Assembly (NCBI GenBank): GCA_964571965.1
Contig: CAZNFQ010000002.1
Coordinates: 2,363 to 66,362, forward strand
DNA length: 64,000 nucleotides
DNA from: an uncultured bacterium
GTDB taxonomy: Bacteria; Fermentibacterota; Fermentibacteria; Fermentibacterales; JCC-6
Direction of reading: 5' to 3'
The notes beneath the pieces are model-generated. The model saw only the letters and a list, made by a program, of their open reading frames with translations. It ran no database searches and was not told the DNA's origin. Each line of letters begins with the position of its first letter. The stretch's first letter is position 1. This document shows, in pieces, positions 43,639 to 52,763 of the stretch. Position numbers and translations under genes: made by a program.

Positions 43639-45165
43639 TTATCCCTCTCGAGTCCAGTAGGGATTCCCCCCGAGAAGTCTGTCGTTTTTACCGGATTCTA
43701 TCATGAAGAGAGTCTTTCCTGTATTGTCTGCCAGATCCCCAGGAAGGATCGATCGAGGGGATGAGGTACCGGAAATAATGTCTGCTGCCAGACCATGAGT
43801 ATAAGCGGCAAGGCGCAGTGCATCGTATCCGGAGCACCCCTGTGCCATGAAACCTGCCACCATACCGGCCAGTATGTCGCCTGTTCCACCGGTTGACAGA
43901 CCGTGGTTGCCCGAGGGAATAAGAGTTCTGCCCCCCTCGGGGGAAAATGCCTGCGAGGGCTTGCCTTTAAGAAGAACAGAGGTTCCAAGGGCCTTCGAGG
44001 TTTTTTCAGCGGCGGAGAACCGGGCATTGAGGTCATCACCGCAGCCTGTGAGCCTCTTCAGTTCACCGGGATGAGGCGTAATGACCGTTTCCGAAGAATA
44101 GGTCCTTAGCATGTCTGCCAGTCCCGCATCGATCACATTGAGGCCGTCTGCATCAAGAACAAGGGGCACGTTCCATGTTCCGAGAATGTGCCTGATTATC
44201 CTGGCAGTGCTGTCAGTTGCTCCCATTCCCGGTCCTGTGAGCACAACTGAGTATTCAGAGGGCTCTGGAAGAGAGGTCACATCCCCCGGCAGAAAATAGG
44301 TACACAGGGTCTCCGGTATTCTCCCTGAAACAGCAGGGGAAGCCGGAAGGGGAACACAAAGCTCCACAAGTCCGCACCCGGACCGGAGAGCACCCATGGC
44401 TGCCATCATTGCGGCTCCGGGCATCTTTTCCGATCCTGCCAGTACAAGGACCTTTCCGAAGGTCCCCTTGTGGCTGTCAACCGGTCTTTCCGGAAGAAGG
44501 GTTCTGGCAAAGGGCATGTTCATTACGCGCCTTAGGTTGTTTTCCGGAATGTGTATCCCTATGTCCCACAAAAGAAGAGATCCGGTCATTCCACATCCGG
44601 GAGGGATCAGCTGCCCCAGCTTCGGTGCCGCAAAGGTTACGGTTACATCAGCCTTAACCGCGGATTTGTCTGTTTTGCCGGTGAGGCCGTCCACACCGGT
44701 TGCTATGTCTGCTGCCAGAACAGGGGCGCCCAGTCCTGAACACTCCACAGCGAGATCCAGTGTGCCGCCCCTGAGGTTGCCGGTGAAACCCACTCCCAGA
44801 AGTGCGTCCACAGCAAGGGAGGCAGATATCTGGGGCTCGTGGGATATCCTGCCTCCGGCAAAGATGAACCTTTCCATGTTCACCCTGCAGTCATCGGTGA
44901 TATTGCTTGAGGGTCCGAAGGAAGGCCTGACCACAACGTTGTAACCCTTTTCCATAAGCAGTCGTGCGGAAACGAATCCGTCGCCTCCATTGTTGCCGGG
45001 TCCTGCATAGACCACAACGGTTCCTTTTGAGGCGGACACCATTCGGGCGGCTGTTTCGGCTATAGCTGCGCCGGCCCTGTCCATGAGGACCAGGCCGGGA
45101 GTGCCGGCGTTGATAGTACTCCGGTCAATTTCCGAGATCTCCGGAGGAGTCAGCCAGAATGCCAT
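43639..45165 (-). CDS. nnr: bifunctional NAD(P)H-hydrate repair enzyme Nnr (epimerase + ADP-dependent dehydratase)
   Basis: YjeF-N domain (VVVYAGPGNNGGDGFVSARLL) fused to the YjeF-C carbohydrate-kinase-like domain (GKVLVLAGSEKMPGAAMMAAMGALRSGCG, GGTGDILAG). Start set at MAFWLTPPEI to avoid overlapping acpS. Confidence 0.8.
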   Translation of the reverse strand: MAFWLTPPEISEIDRSTINAGTPGLVLMDRAGAAIAETAARMVSASKGTVVVYAGPGNNGGDGFVSARLLMEKGYNVVVRPSFGPSSNITDDCRVNMERFIFAGGRISHEPQISASLAVDALLGVGFTGNLRGGTLDLAVECSGLGAPVLAADIATGVDGLTGKTDKSAVKADVTVTFAAPKLGQLIPPGCGMTGSLLLWDIGIHIPENNLRRVMNMPFARTLLPERPVDSHKGTFGKVLVLAGSEKMPGAAMMAAMGALRSGCGLVELCVPLPASPAVSGRIPETLCTYFLPGDVTSLPEPSEYSVVLTGPGMGATDSTARIIRHILGTWNVPLVLDADGLNVIDAGLADMLRTYSSETVITPHPGELKRLTGCGDDLNARFSAAEKTSKALGTSVLLKGKPSQAFSPEGGRTLIPSGNHGLSTGGTGDILAGMVAGFMAQGCSGYDALRLAAYTHGLAADIISGTSSPRSILPGDLADNTGKTLFMIESGKNDRLLGGNPYWTREG

Positions 45166-45166
45166 A

Positions 45167-45541
45167 TTAACCCCTTTCCGACAACACGGCGCAGGTAAAG
45201 GTTCTCTGCTCTCCACAGGCGGCGGAGAGGTGTATTTTCCTGCCCCGGGCAAGTTCCTGTGCGCGGCCGAAAAGCTCAGCCTTCATTGTTTTTCCATCAA
45301 GGTAGATTTGGATGTCATGCCAGGAAAGACGGTGGTCAAACCCCGTTCCCAGGGCCTTTGCAATTGATTCCTTAGCGGAAAAGATTACTGCAAGATCACA
45401 GAGAGATTCCGCGGAGGACAGCTCCTCTGAAGAGAAAATCCTTTCTTTGAGCCGGCCGCCGTTCCTGGTTATTGAACGCAGAAAACGGTGATTCTCCACA
45501 ACGTCTGTTCCCGCTTCCATTATCCTCCCTGAAAGAAACAA
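45167..45541 (-). CDS. acpS: holo-[acyl-carrier-protein] synthase
   Basis: About 120 aa; N-terminal ...IMEAGTDVVE... (GxDxxE motif) and C-terminal SLSHxxxxA-like region. Confidence 0.75.
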   Translation of the reverse strand: MFLSGRIMEAGTDVVENHRFLRSITRNGGRLKERIFSSEELSSAESLCDLAVIFSAKESIAKALGTGFDHRLSWHDIQIYLDGKTMKAELFGRAQELARGRKIHLSAACGEQRTFTCAVLSERG

Positions 45542-45574
45542 CAGAGTTTAAGATAGTTGAAAGGTACACGGGTG

Positions 45575-46582
45575 TCAGCAGGAAAGGGGGCAGAGCTCCG
45601 TTCCCTCCCACCTTGGAAAAGCGTTGCAGGAAAGAGAGGAACGTATTCCGGGGTTATGGCTGAGGGCAGAGAGGGCAGCCCTGCCCACCATTACCGCATT
45701 GTCCATGGTGTGTTCAAGGGGGGGCATGAACAGCTTAAGGTTTCTCTTTCGGCAGCTGGTGATGAATTTCCGGCGAAGAAGACTGTTTGCGGAGACTCCC
45801 CCTGCCACAAGCACAGAGCTTGCCTTCAGGGGAACGGTCTGGTAGAGGGTTTTTGACACAAGAAGATCACAGACCGTTTTGCGGAATGAAGCTGCAAGGT
45901 CGGAAGCGGTAACTTCGCCGGATTCCCAGGATAGTCTTACCGCTGTTTTGAGACCGCTGAAGCTGAATTCAGGATTCTTTCTGCTCCCAAGGGGAGAAGG
46001 AAGGTCCACCGCAGTTGGATCTCCCTTTTCTGCCAGCTCGTCGATGATCCTGCCCCCGGGATAACCCAGGCCCATGAGTTTTGCTGTTTTATCGAAGGCT
46101 TCTCCTGCTGCGTCATCCCTGGTCGACCCAAGAAGCTTGCAGGAATTCCAGGAATCCATGTGAAAGATCATGGTATGTCCGCCGCTGGCCAGCAGCGCCA
46201 CAGCGGGAAACTCAACCGGGGACGAATGATGTATGTGCAGGTGGGCTGCAAGATGGTTGATGCCCAGGAATGGTCTTCCAAGGGCGAAGGCAAGGGACTT
46301 GGTATAGGAAAGCCCTACTAGAAGGGATCCGGTAAGCCCGGGTCCTGCAGTTGCCGAGAAAACACTGATATCCGAAAGGGAGGTGCCGGCTTCCGCCAGC
46401 ACCTCCCGTACAAGTCCGGGTAGCACGGACATGTGCAGCCTTGAGGCAATCTCCGGCACAACACCCCCATGCATGGAATGATCACACTGGGTGAAAACCC
46501 TCTCGGCAAGTACGTTCCCTGTGCCGTCGAGAACCGCTGCGGCTGAGTCATCACAGGATGTCTCCACGGCAAGAACCTTCAT
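45575..46582 (-). CDS. tsaD: tRNA N6-adenosine threonylcarbamoyltransferase TsaD
   Basis: 335 aa; MKVLAVETSCDDSAAAVL N-terminus, ASKH-fold metal-binding His pair. Confidence 0.9.
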   Translation of the reverse strand: MKVLAVETSCDDSAAAVLDGTGNVLAERVFTQCDHSMHGGVVPEIASRLHMSVLPGLVREVLAEAGTSLSDISVFSATAGPGLTGSLLVGLSYTKSLAFALGRPFLGINHLAAHLHIHHSSPVEFPAVALLASGGHTMIFHMDSWNSCKLLGSTRDDAAGEAFDKTAKLMGLGYPGGRIIDELAEKGDPTAVDLPSPLGSRKNPEFSFSGLKTAVRLSWESGEVTASDLAASFRKTVCDLLVSKTLYQTVPLKASSVLVAGGVSANSLLRRKFITSCRKRNLKLFMPPLEHTMDNAVMVGRAALSALSHNPGIRSSLSCNAFPRWEGTELCPLSC

Positions 46583-47028
46583 CAGGCCTGGGCCTCTACC
46601 TTTACGGTGACGTCTTCATGGATGTCTCCGTGTACTTTTATCTTCACCTTGTGTTCTCCCAGGTTCTTGATGTGTGCAGAGAGGATAACCTGGGTTCTGT
46701 CGATGTCGAATTCCTTCTCGGTGAGAGCGGCGGCTATTTCCCTCTCCCCGATCCCGCCATAGAGCTGTCCGTTTTCGTCGGCGGTGGCTGAGAATGAAAG
46801 CACGGTATCCCTTAGCTTTGCCGCAACAGCTTCCGCTGCTTTGTTCTCTTCGGCTGCTTTCTTCTCTGAAGCTGCCTTCAGAGATGCTGCCATTTTCATG
46901 GAGCCAGCCGTTGCTATGACGCCGAGTTTTCTGGGGATCAGATAGTTCCTGGCGTAGCCGGGAGCCACGCTGACCACGTCGCCTGCGGAACCAAGCGTAT
47001 CAACGGTCTTTATCAGAAGAATCTTCAT
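46582..47028 (-). CDS. rplI: 50S ribosomal protein L9
   Basis: 148 aa; MKILLIKTVDTLGSAGDVVSVAPGYARNYLIPRKLG is the L9 N-domain signature. Confidence 0.9.
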   Translation of the reverse strand: MKILLIKTVDTLGSAGDVVSVAPGYARNYLIPRKLGVIATAGSMKMAASLKAASEKKAAEENKAAEAVAAKLRDTVLSFSATADENGQLYGGIGEREIAAALTEKEFDIDRTQVILSAHIKNLGEHKVKIKVHGDIHEDVTVKVEAQA

Positions 47029-47884
47029 TTTTCATCCTTTCGGTCCTTTGATCTATTTTTGTCCTGAAATCGAACCAGGTGTCTAGAATCCCTGCAAGAA
47101 GAACCATTGCCGCCACCACGGGGATGGCAAAAAAGGCACTGATCACAAGAAGAATAACCATTCCCGGAACAGCCCTTGCCCAGTGAACGGTGGTCTGGAG
47201 TCCCTCTATGAAGTAGGGAAGAGAAGAGAAGAGCAGCAGGTTTCCCGATGCTCTTAACAGAAGAGGAGGAACTTCGGAACTTCTGGAGTAGACTATGGCA
47301 AGAAGGCACATGATCGGTATCCATGCCGTTCCCCAGTGCATTCGGAAACGGGCAGGAACGGTGAGCTGTGGATAAGCCTTTGCAATACCCGGTAGTGAAC
47401 GGAAGAAAAGAACGGCTGCAATGGCTCCTGCGGTGAGTTGAATTGCCCCTATGCCGGGAGAGTAGTGTACTATCAGGAAAAACACCCGGTCGATCACCGC
47501 GGTTTCCATACCGGCTGAAAGGTAAACCTCTCTGAGTGGCTCCAGATCCTGTTCCCCTATGTTCATGAAACCGGGGAAAGCCAGAGACAGTAGAGCACCT
47601 GCCAGAAGGGTCAGACCTGCTGTCCAGTAAAGGGTTTTCATGAGGGAAAACCCGGAACCGGCTGCAATGGCAGCCGTTGCTGCACACACTGCAGTTACGC
47701 CTGCGCCGTGGAAACCGGTGAAATACCATACCGCAAAGAGAAGAACCGCCGTAAGGGACAGTCCCCTGCCCAGCCTGCCTGAGAGAAGGGAGGCGGACAC
47801 GCCTGCTGCAAGGAAGGGAAGTCCTGTTATCAGGGCCAGCCCCCCCCATAGAAACATTCCGGCGCGGTTCTTTCCTGCTGTCAT
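47000..47884 (-). CDS. DUF2232/YybS-like polytopic membrane protein
   Basis: 294 aa, about eight TM helices, upstream of rplI as in Firmicutes-type rpsF-ssb-rpsR-yybS-(gdpP)-rplI loci. The alternative same-strand ORF 47025..47849 is Arg/Ser-rich and rejected. Confidence 0.45.
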   Translation of the reverse strand: MTAGKNRAGMFLWGGLALITGLPFLAAGVSASLLSGRLGRGLSLTAVLLFAVWYFTGFHGAGVTAVCAATAAIAAGSGFSLMKTLYWTAGLTLLAGALLSLAFPGFMNIGEQDLEPLREVYLSAGMETAVIDRVFFLIVHYSPGIGAIQLTAGAIAAVLFFRSLPGIAKAYPQLTVPARFRMHWGTAWIPIMCLLAIVYSRSSEVPPLLLRASGNLLLFSSLPYFIEGLQTTVHWARAVPGMVILLVISAFFAIPVVAAMVLLAGILDTWFDFRTKIDQRTERMKNEDSSDKDR

Positions 47885-47890
47885 GGCTTT

Positions 47891-48145
47891 CTACCTGTAG
47901 TGTTCTCTTATGTAAGGAGCCAGTGCGAGGAATCTTGCGATCTTAAGCTCTCTTGCAACCATTCTCTGATGCTTGGCGCAGTTACCGCTTACACGCTTGG
48001 CTACGATCTTGCCCCTGTCGCTGATGTAACGCTGAACCATTTTTTCATTCTTGTAAGAGATCTCCATTGTAGGGTTCATGCAGAAACGGCACTTTTTCTT
48101 TCTTGCCAGCTTCTTGATCCCCTTGCGCTTCTTACGGATAGGCAT
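47891..48145 (-). CDS. rpsR: 30S ribosomal protein S18
   Basis: 84 aa; ...RKKCRFCMNPTMEISYKNEKMVQRYISDRGKI... is the S18 signature. Confidence 0.9.
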   Translation of the reverse strand: MPIRKKRKGIKKLARKKKCRFCMNPTMEISYKNEKMVQRYISDRGKIVAKRVSGNCAKHQRMVARELKIARFLALAPYIREHYR

Positions 48146-48499
48146 CTATGCCTTCCTTTCTGTATAGAGTATTTCCACCCGGCGTGCCCTGAGAACGTTC
48201 TGATGGCGGAGGCCGCCGGCGTAATCTTCAATTTCCCTGTGTGCAAGTATTCCTTCAGCAAGTATTCCAGTTCCAACCAGAAGATGATCATCAAGGGCTC
48301 TGGCGGCTTTTCCCCAGATATCCACTCTGATCTCGTAAACGGACTTTCCCGATTCTCTGTATTCACTCTCTACGGTGTTTTCCACCAGGAGATGGATAAC
48401 GGAGATGCCCTTAAGGGTGGTGAAAATTCCGGTTCTCTTCTTCACTATGCCGGTTATCACCGCATAGTTGATCCCGGGAAGTCGTTTCTGAAGGCTCAT
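48146..48499 (-). CDS. SSB-like OB-fold protein lacking the acidic C-terminal tail (PriB/SsbB-like paralog)
   Basis: 117 aa; spacing of conserved positions follows the SSB OB-fold (NYAVITGIV...GISVIHLLV...EIRVDIWGKAARAL...GTGILAEGIL...RARRVEIL) but no DDIPF tail. Confidence 0.5.
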   Translation of the reverse strand: MSLQKRLPGINYAVITGIVKKRTGIFTTLKGISVIHLLVENTVESEYRESGKSVYEIRVDIWGKAARALDDHLLVGTGILAEGILAHREIEDYAGGLRHQNVLRARRVEILYTERKA

Positions 48500-48508
48500 T
48501 CCTGTCTC

Positions 48509-48952
48509 CTAGAACGGAATATCGTCGGAGTAGTCCGGTTCATCGGATGGCTCCGGATTCGGCGGACCGTCGGAACCGCCTGAATAAGAGGGCCTGTCTC
48601 CGGAATCACCGGTTTTCTCCAGCATCTGTACGCTTCTTGCAAGAATTTCCACACGGCTTCGTTTGGAGCCGTCCTGGGCATTCCACTGTGTGTACTGGAG
48701 CTCCCCTTCGATCATCACGGGACTTCCCTTGTGAAGTCTTGAGGACACTCTTTCAGCAAGCTGCCGCCATGTTACAACGTCCACGAAGCAGGTTTTGTCT
48801 TTCCAGTCTCCGTCACGGGAACGATAACGCTGGTTGCTGGCGATTCTGAAGTTGGCCACATGGGTTCCGTTCTCGAGGATGTTCGTTCTCGGGTCATCGG
48901 TAAGGTTGCCTGATATGAGAACCTTGTTGATGCTCGGAAGTCTTATGTCCAC
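48509..48952 (-). CDS. ssb: single-stranded DNA-binding protein
   Basis: 147 aa; OB-fold plus Gly/Pro/Ser-rich linker and canonical C-terminal acidic tail ...DYSDDIPF. Confidence 0.85.
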   Translation of the reverse strand: MDIRLPSINKVLISGNLTDDPRTNILENGTHVANFRIASNQRYRSRDGDWKDKTCFVDVVTWRQLAERVSSRLHKGSPVMIEGELQYTQWNAQDGSKRSRVEILARSVQMLEKTGDSGDRPSYSGGSDGPPNPEPSDEPDYSDDIPF

Positions 48953-48954
48953 GG

Positions 48955-49296
48955 TTATTCACCCACCTGTGGGGTCGTCTGTGGTTTGCCGGAGGAACCC
49001 ATTCTGGTGTTTCTGTCCTGGCGAAGGGTGAGGTGGCGAAGACAGTTGTCATTGATCCTGAGCATTTTGTCGATGGCCTCTTTCACCGTTGGTTCACCAT
49101 TCCAGTGAACGATGTGATAAACGCCTTCGCTCTCTTTGAAAATGGGATACGCAAGCTGACGCCGTCCCCAGTCGTCCAGCCCGAGAAGTTCTCCCTCTCC
49201 GGATGAAACGATTTCCTGTACCTTGCCTGTTTCCTTCTGCAGTTCAGCTTCAGAGAGACTGGCATTCCAGATAAGCACTGTTTCATAGGTAGTCAA
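48955..49296 (-). CDS. rpsF: 30S ribosomal protein S6
   Basis: 113 aa; MTTYETVLIWNASLSEAE...WGRRQLAYPI is the S6 signature. Confidence 0.9.
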   Translation of the reverse strand: MTTYETVLIWNASLSEAELQKETGKVQEIVSSGEGELLGLDDWGRRQLAYPIFKESEGVYHIVHWNGEPTVKEAIDKMLRINDNCLRHLTLRQDRNTRMGSSGKPQTTPQVGE

Positions 49297-49470
49297 TTAA
49301 CAAAGCCTCCTTCCGGCCCTGTTGGTGTGTAACCACACCGGCCCGTAAAGGAGACAGACTGATCAGCCATGTCCGGGAACCCAGCGGTTCCAGCGCAAAG
49401 CGCTCTGCTCACGGGCCGGCGACTATTATTTCAGTCGCTTCGTCCCCGGATCCGTGTCCGGGGAAAGCAG
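49297..49470 (-). promoter_or_regulatory. structured 5' leader of the rpsF operon (possible S6:S18 autoregulatory leader)
   Basis: Long-range complementary 9-mers CCGGCCCGT (about 49328) and ACGGGCCGG (about 49413) enclose about 75 nt; nested hairpin CCCCGGA-tccgtg-TCCGGGG at about 49443-49462. Confidence 0.25.
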
Positions 49471-49563
49471 CCCGCTATTATGAAGAGAGAACCTGCTGTG
49501 AGTCAAGGCGTTTGGAATCAACATTGAGAATCCGGACCTCGAGGGAAGATTTTCAATGAAATA

Positions 49564-49592
49564 GGGGGCGGCAGTCGCCGCCCCCCTGGGTA
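49564..49592 (-). terminator. rho-independent terminator of the C25 peptidase gene
   Basis: GGGGGCGGC-agt-CGCCGCCCCC hairpin; on the minus-strand transcript it is followed by UAUUUCAUU. Confidence 0.45.
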
Positions 49593-49608
49593 ACTTATGT
49601 ATCAGCGC

Positions 49609-51891
49609 CTAGCGGAGAACCATTGCCTGAGAGGAAACGGTTCCGTCCGTTGTTGTGAGGCGCACGAAGTAAACACCGCTTGAGATGTTCTCCGTGGACC
49701 AGTTAACGGAGTGGTTGCCTGCGGCAACTTCACCGTTAACAAGGGTCTGCACCGAACGGCCGGCAAGGTCGAAGACCTGCACCATTGCGTGCCCGGTAAC
49801 CGGTGTGGAGAAGTTCACCGCGGCAGAGCCGACTACGGGGTTGGCCGCAGGGGCGATGCCAAGGGTGAAGGTCTCTACTCCGGCTGTGGCTTCGTCGATG
49901 GATGTGGGATAGACATCGATCGTAGCAGCAACGGGGCAGTAGTTCTGAAGCCTGGCTCCGGTGTAGAGAGTTGTTGAGCTGGCGGGAACTGTCACGTTGA
50001 AACTTGCCTGACCGCTGCCGTTGGTGGTTGCGGTTTCATAGAAAGTGGCTGCATCTGAAATGCCTTCGATACCGTCTGAAAGGGCAACTGTTGCACCGCT
50101 CACAGGTGAGCCGCCTGCTGTAACCGTCATGGTAACTGTCTGTGTTCCGGGGTTAACCATTCCGGGGTTGCAGACTATCTGAAGCATTTCAGGGTTGGAA
50201 ACGTCGTTGGTGAAGATTTCCATTGCAGGGTCGCCGAACCAGATGTACATCTTGGCGTTGGTCTCGCCGTATGTGCCCTGGTCCGCTATTGCCTCGAGGG
50301 TAGCGTAGTTTAGCGCTTCTACAATATTCACATGACCAAAGTCATAAAGACCCTTGAAGGTTTCCTTCATGTAAACATGATTGGCAAGGGTGTAGGACGG
50401 GTCGGTGGCGGCGAGGTTGCCGCTTGAACCGTGCTCGTCCCAGGCGTAGCTCTCGGCAAGACATTCCGTGCTGGTTCCGTATTCACCGCAGAGACATGCA
50501 TAGGTGAAGGTGGGAGGCAGGAAGGTGTTGGTAAGCGCCTGAATGTTGGTCTTGTTCCAGCCCGGGCTCCATGCCCAGTAGGTGGTGTCTCCGTGACCTC
50601 TGTATGCCACCACACCGATTCCGTCATTGTACCAGCCGGAAACATCAGCCGCGGTTCCGCCCTCGGGAGGATAGACCTTGTAGAAGGTCATGTCCACGGA
50701 GTAGTCGTAGGCTGCGGTTTCGTTGCAGCACTGGGTGTACTTGCCCGGGTACTGTTCTTCGTGGGCGGCAAGAACCGCTGTGCTGGGGATGATTCCCGTG
50801 GTGTTCGCGTCGGCGAAGGAGTACTGGTAGTAGCCGTCGATGATCTTAGAAACCTGAAGCTCGATCTGGTCGGCGTTTCCTGTGAGACGGCCCACCGCAA
50901 GTTCAGGTATGTAGTCGGAGCCTGAGAGGCAGGCGTAGTAATAGTCGCCGATGAATGAACCGTAGTTGTAGCTGGGAAGGGCTGCGTGGTCACCGGCGAT
51001 AAGGGCGAACCTTGTGATGCTGGTGTCGTAGTGGTCGGTTATTGCGGCTTTGATAACACCGGCGGAGGAGCCGCTGGCGAGAACTTCCACTGCTGTTTCG
51101 TAGCCGATTCCCTGATAGAATTCCACAAGGGGCATTACTGCATCAAGGTTGGCGGCAGTGGTTACGAAAACGTATGCGGCTGCTTCTGCGTCTGTGGGGG
51201 CGGATGCGGCGGCATCAACCATATCGTAGTTGATGAGCACTCTGGAGCCCGCGCTTCTTACGAATTCCGTTGAAGAGAAGGCAAGGGCGTTGGGAGAACC
51301 ATTGAAGTCAATTCTTACCCTGATGGATCTGGCAGCCTGAAGCTCGCCGGTTTCAGGGTTGTACCTGAATGGGTTGAAGTGGAGCCTGTCGGTGTTTATT
51401 CCACCCATGATGGCAGGATTCACTGTTTCTGCCCAGTTGCCGGGGAAGAACTCGTTGGAATCGTATACGTCCTCAATCTGCTCGAAGGGGTAGGGATTGT
51501 GGGGCATGTCGATTTCCGGGGTCTGTCTGGGAACGAGATTGATGTTGCTGTAGGAAGTGTAGTCTACATTTTCCACTGTAACAACGGCACTGGTTCCGAA
51601 GGGAAGAGCGAACATCTGGGGTACCGAGGGCACCTCGGGAAGTCCCACTCTTGTCTGGGAGTAGAAGTCTGGAAGTTCGATGCAGTCCCAGGTGGAGCCA
51701 CCTGCAACGGTTTTCCCCAGCCAGAAGCCGGGAACGGTTACATCAACAACGATGTGTCCAGCATCTGATTCAACCAGATTCACGCTGCAGATATCTCCCG
51801 GCTGGCCGCCGAATGACTGCCAGTCGAAATTTCCATGCAGAGCGAATGCAGCCGTTGCAAATGCAGCGGCTAAAAGAAAAGCTCTCTTCAT
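49609..51891 (-). CDS. gingipain-like C25-family cysteine peptidase with C-terminal T9SS sorting domain
   Basis: 760 aa; signal peptide MKRAFLLAAAFATAAFA; central C25 catalytic-domain-like region (VAYRGHGDTTYWA..., ...CLCGEYG...); C-terminal GVYFVRLTTTDGTVSSQAMVLR Por-type tail. Confidence 0.65.
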   Translation of the reverse strand: MKRAFLLAAAFATAAFALHGNFDWQSFGGQPGDICSVNLVESDAGHIVVDVTVPGFWLGKTVAGGSTWDCIELPDFYSQTRVGLPEVPSVPQMFALPFGTSAVVTVENVDYTSYSNINLVPRQTPEIDMPHNPYPFEQIEDVYDSNEFFPGNWAETVNPAIMGGINTDRLHFNPFRYNPETGELQAARSIRVRIDFNGSPNALAFSSTEFVRSAGSRVLINYDMVDAAASAPTDAEAAAYVFVTTAANLDAVMPLVEFYQGIGYETAVEVLASGSSAGVIKAAITDHYDTSITRFALIAGDHAALPSYNYGSFIGDYYYACLSGSDYIPELAVGRLTGNADQIELQVSKIIDGYYQYSFADANTTGIIPSTAVLAAHEEQYPGKYTQCCNETAAYDYSVDMTFYKVYPPEGGTAADVSGWYNDGIGVVAYRGHGDTTYWAWSPGWNKTNIQALTNTFLPPTFTYACLCGEYGTSTECLAESYAWDEHGSSGNLAATDPSYTLANHVYMKETFKGLYDFGHVNIVEALNYATLEAIADQGTYGETNAKMYIWFGDPAMEIFTNDVSNPEMLQIVCNPGMVNPGTQTVTMTVTAGGSPVSGATVALSDGIEGISDAATFYETATTNGSGQASFNVTVPASSTTLYTGARLQNYCPVAATIDVYPTSIDEATAGVETFTLGIAPAANPVVGSAAVNFSTPVTGHAMVQVFDLAGRSVQTLVNGEVAAGNHSVNWSTENISSGVYFVRLTTTDGTVSSQAMVLR

Positions 51892-51993
51892 ACTGTAAAT
51901 TTCTCCTCTCGAAAAAAAGGGTACGGGGTTGCATATCCTTAATAATACTCATCGCTATAATCATTTCTCATGCACTGCAAGTCAATACAGGCT

Positions 51994-52022
51994 GTTGACC
52001 TGAGAGTTCCCTCATTGAATAA
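51994..52022 (+). promoter_or_regulatory. putative sigma70 promoter for the OM barrel gene at 52056
   Basis: TTGACC, 17-nt spacer, AATAAT, about 30 nt upstream of a GGAG RBS and the ATG. Confidence 0.3.
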
Positions 52023-52055
52023 TCCACATCTGAAAACTGAAAGGAGAAGATCAGT

Positions 52056-52754
52056 ATGAGAACAGTTTTGACTATACTGCTTGTGATCAGCGTTGCAGCA
52101 CTGGCAGGGCCCAGATTCGGAGGCAGGGTGGGCTACACCACCGCAGACGATCCCTTCACGGGACTCAGCACCGACGGAGCAATATTCGGTGGTCAGATGA
52201 CCTTCCCGCTTATGCCCATGCTGGGTCTTGAACTGAGCGGAACCTACACCAGTACCGAATCCGACATATCCATGGACAGCTACCTTACGAACTACATCGA
52301 AGACGAGTACGGGTACAATTTCGAGGGAGACATGGACGGTCTTCTCGATTACCTTGAGAACGAATGGGGATGGGACGATCCAACCACGGGTCAGCTCCTG
52401 GAAGATTACACTGCCACCTATCACAACCTTGGTCTTGCGGGAATTCTCAGAGCAGACATTCCCATGGGCGTCTCCCCTCTGAGCCCATATGTGGGCGGAG
52501 GAGCGGGAGTCCATTTCGTGGTCAGTGATGCCGATGCCATGCTTGCTGCAATAGAACAGCAGACAACCGGTCAGACAACCATTGATCCCTACGACCACAT
52601 TTTCCCCTCGGCGGAGGGTGTTGTGGGACTTACGTTCAGTCCCATGGCTCTTCCCGTGTCCGTATTCGGCGAAGTAAGGCTTTCAAAGCCCTTCGGAGAT
52701 GATGCGGGTGATGCCATAGTTACATACTTCGGCGGAGCCAATCTGGGGTTCTGA
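52056..52754 (+). CDS. outer-membrane beta-barrel protein (OmpA-like porin family), hypothetical
   Basis: 232 aa; signal peptide MRTVLTILLVISVAALA; alternating beta-strand pattern; C-terminal ...GGANLGF aromatic terminus. Confidence 0.5.
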   Translation: MRTVLTILLVISVAALAGPRFGGRVGYTTADDPFTGLSTDGAIFGGQMTFPLMPMLGLELSGTYTSTESDISMDSYLTNYIEDEYGYNFEGDMDGLLDYLENEWGWDDPTTGQLLEDYTATYHNLGLAGILRADIPMGVSPLSPYVGGGAGVHFVVSDADAMLAAIEQQTTGQTTIDPYDHIFPSAEGVVGLTFSPMALPVSVFGEVRLSKPFGDDAGDAIVTYFGGANLGF

Positions 52755-52763
52755 GAGAAGCTT

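Noticed and set aside
47025-47849. 274-aa ORF on the same strand as the DUF2232 gene but in another frame
   Set aside because: Arg/Ser/Pro-rich low-complexity translation typical of an off-frame read through a GC-rich membrane-protein gene. The 294-aa frame gives coherent TM helices.
18083-52022. Shared TTGAC(A/C)TGAGAG motif at the rpmH and OM-barrel (52056) putative promoters
   Set aside because: Only two occurrences found by eye; it cannot be distinguished from chance extension of a -35 hexamer.
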